Shown here: positions 58,301 through 64,000 of the stretch, one piece after another | How the letters are laid out: each line of letters begins with the position of its first letter | How positions within the stretch are numbered: the first letter of the stretch is position 1 | Source: a virus | Length of the DNA: 64,000 bases | IMG/VR virus record: IMGVR_UViG_3300020469_000011 | Location: 1 to 64,000 of that record | Strand: one strand, 5' to 3' | Notes under the pieces: model-generated | The model's input: only the letters and a program-made list of their open reading frames with translations | Databases searched by the model: none | Told to the model about the DNA's origin: nothing | Program-made: the position numbers and the translations under genes

Positions 58301-58412
58301 TAATATTTCTGGTGTGAATACCATGAATTCCACTGCTAATACTATAAACACATTTGATATAAAAGCAGTTTACTTTGAAAATGAATGGAATGCTACTTGT
58401 ATTGTAGGATAA
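55332..58412 (+). CDS. long tail fibre / receptor-binding structural protein
   Basis: N-terminal LSNTFGEW...N; S/T/N-rich internal repeats; TYTLG...RFKDLYLS motifs. Confidence 0.75.
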   Translation: MSNIPLLLLSNTFGEWLITINNVIAENNNSSANGVSNTLTRFDANGSLTFNELNSNNVQLKVGPAINEVRTDFQQNNHTSVATTGAILELLTGSNSILPLRLESLRFGTSFDSVNAISKSFSASDPNTLLTSNAIYNFLTGTRTLSFDLRSDSIRIGSGPVITEIATTFSSIDNSTVPTTSAVSNYLSSAATINLDLASLRLNTGQSVNKIANNFNSVDDTTLVTAKAVYNLVGGIDNDIGTIEGRSIDLGSTYVVNNFAIDFSTITHYSLPTVTAVKDFITSGNYSLDVSANSLTATNLHTNAISIDGHTINSIRTDFNLLSNDELVTSNAVYNLLTDGNVVLNSQFSNTHTSSISINGYSINAVANVINAANTNNHTLGTTQGIYDLLSGGVTTVPPLPISANSFSFPGGTGNTSVNSIATNFSSINDNSLVTANAVYNLLTDGSVNLAVDFDSITLVNGVTVNGIATAITTANTNDYTLATTKAVHDTIGSGVGNITVAQVETNDLYSFQVSLGNYAFGRSTAQNAASAGTATLATPWVYTSTLEAYDQKNASGTGIILSANSSSPAGETVAANNIAFFTGGSIRLKVNNTEIDAGSSIVKTTATPSASSHLITKAFADATYNPVGSTGTRIANNAINVDIDANNIVFTGNSEPATNDTYTLGNSTNRFKDLYLSGSAFISDDSAITSSNGSIQFNANNQTIEVLGNGSSVTGKLTLNCEMNSHGQTIVPQPHSAAVTNTLTLPANGSQEIVGTIATQTLTNKTLGQTSLSGDLLPTADSTYNLGSPANKFKDLYLSSSTLWLGDLIKLDTSSGVAKFLKRNPSSLPYIFSIIGGDSANAISHVNTTFSYSPARTALSELTSNDLLSYLQTFASFGNAQLGTLFPPEKDATGNTSTYYNVNDYSDIIAQERPGTIASDVSEASTYALDYGVSSTATFKRPDIDVTLSLTNVSDLEGMTVHVTAFVVQNTTPHTMSGILINGNSANQFNISGVNTMNSTANTINTFDIKAVYFENEWNATCIVG

Positions 58413-58985
58413 ATGAAACTAGCACTATTAGCTTCAGGAAATGGAACTAATGTTGAGGTTTTATTAAAAGAAAAAAAGTTAGGTAAATTATCTTTAGTAA
58501 ATTGGAAACTTTTAATATGTGATAATCCAGATGCTTTTGTACTAGAAAGAGTAAAAGTTTTTAATCTACCTAGCTTTATAGTAGAACCAAAAAACTTTGA
58601 AAATAAAGAAACTTACGAAACTTGTATTCACCAAAAATTAATTGACTTTGAAATAGACGGAATAGTTCTTGCAGGCTATATGCGTCTAATTGGACCTACG
58701 TTATTAAAATATTGGAAAAATAAAATAATAAATGTTCATCCCTCACTTCTACCTTCCTTTCCTGGTAGAAATTCAGTATCAGATGCCATAAAAAGTAAAT
58801 TTTATACAAGTGGATGTACAGTACATTTTGTTGATGAGGGTATAGATACAGGACCTATAATTGCACAAAAAACTGTATTAATTGAAAAACATGATAACCA
58901 AGAAAGTTTATCTGAAAAGATACATAAAGCGGAACATGAATTACTTCCTAAAGTAATTTGTCAATGGAGTAATAGCAAATTTTAG
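58413..58985 (+). CDS. purN: GAR transformylase
   Basis: LASGNGTN, LAGYMRLI, INVHPSLLPSFPG, GCTVHFVDEGIDTGPII. Confidence 0.96.
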   Translation: MKLALLASGNGTNVEVLLKEKKLGKLSLVNWKLLICDNPDAFVLERVKVFNLPSFIVEPKNFENKETYETCIHQKLIDFEIDGIVLAGYMRLIGPTLLKYWKNKIINVHPSLLPSFPGRNSVSDAIKSKFYTSGCTVHFVDEGIDTGPIIAQKTVLIEKHDNQESLSEKIHKAEHELLPKVICQWSNSKF

Positions 58986-58989
58986 GCAC

Positions 58990-59023
58990 AAAAAAAGCCG
59001 AGGTTTTTACACCTCGGCTTTTT
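58990..59023. terminator. bidirectional intrinsic terminator
   Basis: AAAAAAGCCGAGGT-TTTTAC-ACCTCGGCTTTTT between convergent genes. Confidence 0.88.
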
Positions 59024-59031
59024 CTATTTAC

Positions 59032-59121
59032 TCAGCATTCACAACTTTCATCATTACAGTCTAAACATTTACAATTACCACATTTACAATCCTCACATTT
59101 ACAGTTTGGATTATTACACAT
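59032..59121 (-). CDS. metallothionein-like Cys-rich micropeptide (29 aa; not in ORF track)
   Basis: MCNNPNCKCEDCKCGNCKCLDCNDESCEC*, AAGGAG RBS 5 nt upstream, followed by a terminator. Confidence 0.8.
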   Translation of the reverse strand: MCNNPNCKCEDCKCGNCKCLDCNDESCEC

Positions 59122-59133
59122 GGAATCTCCTTA

Positions 59134-61554
59134 TTAGAACTGAATACTGATCTTCAAGTCTTCAGTTTGATTTTGTGAACGTGATACCATACTTCTGTTT
59201 TCTACATACAATACTTTACCAGAACCTGGCATCATACCTGGTGTGAGTGCAGTATTTGTAGATACAGTATTTGCAACTACATTATCACTCTGAACTGAGT
59301 GTAATGTAAGTGACTCTATTTTATATGCATGATCTTGTTGAAGAACAGTAAAGAAATCTTTACGTGGCTTAATAACTCTCAATCTTTCCAAAACAGTATC
59401 ATGATCTACAACTCTTGCAGTTGCTACCAATTCTCCAGCGTTATATGTCTTTGTTGCAGTTGGAAGACCACTAGCATATGTATTTGAAGTTATAGTACCT
59501 GTTGCATAGAAACCGATATCCATATCTGGCTCAAAGAATAGATTCATAGAAGTATTTGCTTTTGCATATGAATTTCCATTCAGATTTACACGATAGCATT
59601 GGTCTGTTTTGAAGTTTCTAAACAACTCACCATAACTTGTGCCTGATGAAGTTGGTTTACTTTGCCACAATTTATTTAAATTAGCAGCATCGTAACTTAA
59701 TGGATTTTTCAAAATACCAATCTTTCTGAATTCGTTTCCTACCGTAAATTCATCAGATTCTGTACCTTCAAATCTTGCGTTAATCATTACATTGAATCCT
59801 CCAAACTCCGCAACTGGATCAAATCCATGACCACCTACAGGTGAAATAGTAGCATGTACTTTTGCTGTATTTGCTGCCGCAGGAAATGCTCCGGCACCAC
59901 TATATGTAGAGACATCTGGTATTACTTTAGCCGAATCAATACGATAATGATACTTACCAGGATTTGTTACTCTTACATCAATAATTCTTCCTGGATCCGA
60001 AACTTTGTATACTTTTGGATTTGCAGTAGAATCAAAGATAGGCTCAACAATTGCATATGCGTTAAATCCATCAACAGGATCTACAATTGTGGTTGCCTGA
60101 TGATTAGGTTCAATTGTGATTCTCGGATGTACTTCTACATGTACAGCAGTTTGTGTACCAGCAACACCAGCAGTTAAACCTGTTATTGTTCCAGCGGCAT
60201 TAGTACCTGTGATACTATTAACAAATGCGGGATCAATAGTCAGTGATAATTGTGAACCATTGTGTGCTACTGCAGAAACGGGAAATACATATTTTTTATA
60301 ATTGTCATCAACGAAAGCACCGGTACCAACAGCTTTAATAACAACACCGTATCCAATAAAAGCATCTTTTTTAGTTGATGTTGCAAGAGCGGCGGCACCT
60401 GCTGAAAAATCAAATTGATTAACAGCAGTTGAAGCACCTGCATACTTAGAGGCAATTCCTTTATCAGGCCATTCCGGATCAATATTATTGAAATCAGCAT
60501 TTGTAATTTGAAATACTAATGATCCTGCATTTATATCTATAACTGCGCTTGCTGTATTACATGCAAGTTGATAAAAACCATCTCCACCTTTAATATCATA
60601 TCCATGTAAAGTACCCGCAGAGTCTACAACTGCAGTTTTTTCAACTAACACGTTCATAATTGTTCCGTTAGTTGCATTTTCTTCTACAGTATATTGATCT
60701 GAATAATCGTTAATACGATTTCCATTTTCTCTACGTATGGTTCTTACTGGTATGTAAGAAGTTGTTACAAATTTAAGTGCTTCACCGGCATCAATAGTAT
60801 AATAGTATTTCCACTGATAACCATCATTTTTTTCTGTTTCAGTATCTGTAGAATCCACAATCATATAATCTTCACTGACTCCACTGGTTTGTACAAAATT
60901 AAGAGGTTCACGATAAGATGAAAAGTCCCAAATATAAGTATTTGATCCATCTACCGAAACTTCTTTAAATCTACCAACTCCTTGTTTAATTGCTTTATAA
61001 ACTCGGAATCTTTGGTTTACTGTATGCAAAAGCATATCATCGTCAAATAGATTGTCTAATCTATCATCATATCCATCATATTTTAATCCAGTTTTCCAAT
61101 TTCTTACGCCTGCTTTAATTTCATCGGCTCTCTCTCTTTTAACAACATGAGAAACTTCACCGCTTGAAACTTTTTTAGCAGCAATCATATCGTCCCAATG
61201 ATTAAAATGGGAATCTTTCACACTATCCACAGGATTAGGTGGATTATTTTCATTAATATTTGGGTCTACACTTCCGTCTGGTGTATCTGTTGAAGTCCAG
61301 GCCGCTACTCTACCAATAAATAAATACATCTGATCATCTAATGCAAAGAAAGGAATTCTATTCAATCCATTAGTACCTGTGCTTGTATCCGTAATTCCCC
61401 CAGAGGCAACGTCTAAAGCTTGTGTATTAGGATCAACTCTCATCGCATTGATAGGAATGTAGCCACCCACTTCATTTTGAGATCGTTCTTCAAAACTTTC
61501 TCTAAATTGTTTAGCATTACTTACACGAAAACTGGTATGCACTAGTGCTGGCAT
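59134..61554 (-). CDS. baseplate wedge subunit gp8
   Basis: FR..NA..F, YLFIGR..W, WDDMIAAKKV, YQWKYYYTI, KF.T..YIPV, SGKVLYVENR...QTEDLKI. Confidence 0.85.
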   Translation of the reverse strand: MPALVHTSFRVSNAKQFRESFEERSQNEVGGYIPINAMRVDPNTQALDVASGGITDTSTGTNGLNRIPFFALDDQMYLFIGRVAAWTSTDTPDGSVDPNINENNPPNPVDSVKDSHFNHWDDMIAAKKVSSGEVSHVVKRERADEIKAGVRNWKTGLKYDGYDDRLDNLFDDDMLLHTVNQRFRVYKAIKQGVGRFKEVSVDGSNTYIWDFSSYREPLNFVQTSGVSEDYMIVDSTDTETEKNDGYQWKYYYTIDAGEALKFVTTSYIPVRTIRRENGNRINDYSDQYTVEENATNGTIMNVLVEKTAVVDSAGTLHGYDIKGGDGFYQLACNTASAVIDINAGSLVFQITNADFNNIDPEWPDKGIASKYAGASTAVNQFDFSAGAAALATSTKKDAFIGYGVVIKAVGTGAFVDDNYKKYVFPVSAVAHNGSQLSLTIDPAFVNSITGTNAAGTITGLTAGVAGTQTAVHVEVHPRITIEPNHQATTIVDPVDGFNAYAIVEPIFDSTANPKVYKVSDPGRIIDVRVTNPGKYHYRIDSAKVIPDVSTYSGAGAFPAAANTAKVHATISPVGGHGFDPVAEFGGFNVMINARFEGTESDEFTVGNEFRKIGILKNPLSYDAANLNKLWQSKPTSSGTSYGELFRNFKTDQCYRVNLNGNSYAKANTSMNLFFEPDMDIGFYATGTITSNTYASGLPTATKTYNAGELVATARVVDHDTVLERLRVIKPRKDFFTVLQQDHAYKIESLTLHSVQSDNVVANTVSTNTALTPGMMPGSGKVLYVENRSMVSRSQNQTEDLKISIQF

Positions 61555-61608
61555 ATCTACTCTCCTTTAATTTAAATTTTAAACCTCTATTTCAATTCCA
61601 TCACTTTT

Positions 61609-64000
61609 CTACACTAAGATAGTGGAATTCAATAAATTTATCTGCTCTACTGTCATTACTGCATTATTTACAATACTAGTCGTAAAAGTATTTAGTTCAC
61701 TAATATTCCAAGTATAAAGTTCATTTTTTATATAATTCATCTTTAAACTAGAGTGATTATATCTTTTATGATTATTTCTTCTTTTTATTAATCTCTCATC
61801 ATAATATTTCAATCTGAAATCTAAGAAATTATCAACATAATTATTTAATAAAAACTCCTCTAGTGTTATTCCATTATTTATATTATTTATTTCAGTTCCT
61901 AAACCGTCAACATTTCCATTTGCATTTACACTTCCAAAAGTATTTGCAACTCCAAAGGTAGCATTCATATATAGTTTCAAATCATATGGAACAATAGAAT
62001 CTATATTAACATAATTATTATTATTGTATTCAGAAATTTTATATGTAGAATCAAATATATTTTTTGATAACAGTTCAGCTTTCACAGAAGGAATATGGTC
62101 TTCCAAGTAATCTGATAGTTTTAATTTTTTCTTTTCATCAATAGTTCCATATAAGAAATCATGGCGAATAACTTTATCAATATCAAATAATTCATTTCTG
62201 TTGTTTATTTCTTCAAATAATTTTTCAATATTTTCTTCATCACCTAATACAGGAATACTATCTACAAAACTACTTTCTCTGTGTCTAATAGTTGAGGATT
62301 CCTTTAATTTAGTAACTAATTTTTCTTCATCTTCAAATACGCTACTTATAACATTTCTTGAATGTCCAAATGGTATTGGTCTTACATTTTCAATTTGATC
62401 ACTAATCACAGCATTTTTACGTTTTTCAATTGTACCTAATAAGAAGACATCAGTTATCTTATCTTTTAATGAAACTACTGAATTGTCAACAGGAAGTATC
62501 ATTTCTTCTGAAAAATCAGTCAAACTTTCGGTTTCTACGAAAGAAGCATCTAAGAAAACTGGTTGTGTTCCTATAAGGAAATCATCTACAGTTTTTAACT
62601 TTGGTAGATACTTGTCTACAAATGATTGACTAATTATTGTAGGCTCATGAATTTCTTCAGACACAACTGTTCTATTAATATCAATACGATTTTCAAGTAT
62701 AGTGAAATCCAAGAAGCCGTCTATTATTTCATAGTATTTTCTTAAAATAAAATCTTTTTTAGTAATTATATGTCTATCTGAAATTACATTGTGATTATTT
62801 TCATATTCATGAAACTCTAATTGTTGATCTATAGTTGCGTCTAAAAATGTAGTATTTCCGAATGTTACTGTAGTGTGGGGATATTCTTTAGTAGTTAAAT
62901 CTAATTCTGGTTTATAGATTATTCTTGGTTCATGAAGTGCTCTTACAGAAGGAATGTAATTTAAATCAGAAGTAACTATAGGAACATCTAAGTAATCTCC
63001 TATTAAACCATAAAACCATTTCATTCCAATTCTACGATTTCTACCCATGACAACATTTTTATCAAGAACAAATTGATTGTGTTCATATTCATGAAACTCT
63101 AATTGTTGATCTATAGTTCCATCTAAGAATGTAGTATTTGCAAATGTTACTGTTGTGAAAGGAGTAAATTTAAATGTACCATCTAGTTCAGGTTTGTAAG
63201 TTATTTCAGGTTCATTAAGTACAGAAACTGAAGGAATAGATTGTCCACCCCATTCTACTATGGTCTGTTTTCTAAATATCTCTTTTATATTTTTATTTAA
63301 GAAAGGACTAATTTTTTCTTGAGTAGCAAATATAGAAAATCTATCAGGAATAAAGGTGTCATTTTCAAAATCAAATTCTTCAATCATATCACTTGTTGCA
63401 TCTAAGAAAGTTGTATTTGGAAAATATACAGTTGTTATTGGAGTTATTACCGTCTGAGCATCTAGTTCTGGTTTATATGTTATTTCAGGCTCATTCAATA
63501 CGGAAACAGATGGTATCGTATCCTTATTGTACTCTCTCAATATTTGAGTACGCATGTTTTTTCTAATATCTTTATTTAAAAATGGATTTATAAAGTTATT
63601 CGTAGAAAAAGTTGCGAATCTATCTATTATTGATATATCATTTTCAAAATCAAACTCTTCGGTCATGTAACTTGTTGCATCTAAGAAAGTAGTATTTGGA
63701 AATGTAACTGTAGTAAATATGTCTGTTTTTGTATTTGCATCAATGTCTATTCTTCTAATATATCTTGGTTCTGTTAAAGGAACAACTCCTGGTAAAGTAT
63801 CTTTATTATATTCTTTTAAAAATTGATTCATCATATAACTTGCAATTTTTCTGTCAAACCATCTGCCAATAATATTTCCTTTAGAAAATGTACGGTTTCT
63901 ATCAAATATTGGAACATTGTGTTCAAAAGTATCTTCTATGAAAGTAGAAATAGATCCATCTAAAAATACTGTGTTTGGAAAATAAACTATTGTATGTGGA
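61609..64000 (-). CDS. large repeat-containing structural protein (gp7-position baseplate candidate), 5' truncated
   Basis: The frame stays open beyond 63834 to the window end (PHTIVYFPNTVFLDG...); ~93-aa repeats; lies upstream of gp8. Confidence 0.6.
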   Translation of the reverse strand, partial: PHTIVYFPNTVFLDGSISTFIEDTFEHNVPIFDRNRTFSKGNIIGRWFDRKIASYMMNQFLKEYNKDTLPGVVPLTEPRYIRRIDIDANTKTDIFTTVTFPNTTFLDATSYMTEEFDFENDISIIDRFATFSTNNFINPFLNKDIRKNMRTQILREYNKDTIPSVSVLNEPEITYKPELDAQTVITPITTVYFPNTTFLDATSDMIEEFDFENDTFIPDRFSIFATQEKISPFLNKNIKEIFRKQTIVEWGGQSIPSVSVLNEPEITYKPELDGTFKFTPFTTVTFANTTFLDGTIDQQLEFHEYEHNQFVLDKNVVMGRNRRIGMKWFYGLIGDYLDVPIVTSDLNYIPSVRALHEPRIIYKPELDLTTKEYPHTTVTFGNTTFLDATIDQQLEFHEYENNHNVISDRHIITKKDFILRKYYEIIDGFLDFTILENRIDINRTVVSEEIHEPTIISQSFVDKYLPKLKTVDDFLIGTQPVFLDASFVETESLTDFSEEMILPVDNSVVSLKDKITDVFLLGTIEKRKNAVISDQIENVRPIPFGHSRNVISSVFEDEEKLVTKLKESSTIRHRESSFVDSIPVLGDEENIEKLFEEINNRNELFDIDKVIRHDFLYGTIDEKKKLKLSDYLEDHIPSVKAELLSKNIFDSTYKISEYNNNNYVNIDSIVPYDLKLYMNATFGVANTFGSVNANGNVDGLGTEINNINNGITLEEFLLNNYVDNFLDFRLKYYDERLIKRRNNHKRYNHSSLKMNYIKNELYTWNISELNTFTTSIVNNAVMTVEQINLLNSTILV

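Noticed and set aside
59032-59034. TGA ending the Cys-rich peptide as a possible selenocysteine codon
   Set aside because: The downstream hairpin is a typical bidirectional terminator and TGA is an ordinary stop throughout the window
5542-62398. Many short antisense/alternate-frame ORFs in the track (e.g. 5542, 10527, 22598, 29769, 31369, 43159, 46203-47206, 59854-60500, 62201)
   Set aside because: They lie inside motif-supported genes and have no RBS or recognisable motifs
1-64000. Alternative genetic code, CRISPR array, introns/inteins, IS elements
   Set aside because: Core genes are intact and normal-sized in code 11; no regularly spaced repeat-spacer array, transposase, integrase or homing endonuclease was seen

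Overview
AT-rich segment of a large T4-like (Tevenvirinae/Kyanoviridae-style) myovirus genome, probably infecting a Gram-negative aquatic bacterium. It contains the T4 core replication/recombination/late-transcription block (gp3, uvsY, uvsW, gp55, gp47, gp46, gp45, gp44, gp62, regA, dsbA), tail-fibre and baseplate genes (gp8 and a repeat-rich wedge protein running off the right end), lysis enzymes, three canonical tRNAs, and sigma70-type early promoters plus TATAAATA-type late promoters. The accessory load is rich: a streamlined purine operon (purE-D-S-L-Q-M) with purN, guaC, a pyrD-like gene and a full-length gcvP elsewhere; Fe-S assembly genes (iscU, iscA-like); peptide deformylase; PhoH; a vWA/MoxR pair; and two amidoligase-like proteins. 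The items that look most novel are: (1) an 87-nt CCA-ending tRNA-like RNA with a UAU anticodon whose D-stem appears topologically rewired around the anticodon arm (42977-43063); (2) a 29-aa, 10-Cys metallothionein-like micro-ORF missed by the ORF track (59032-59121, minus); (3) a porin + small periplasmic-binding-protein-like + membrane coiled-coil cassette (13101-15311); and (4) structured, possibly switch-like leaders upstream of phoH and a ParB-like gene. All family assignments come from motif recognition by eye; no database search was run.
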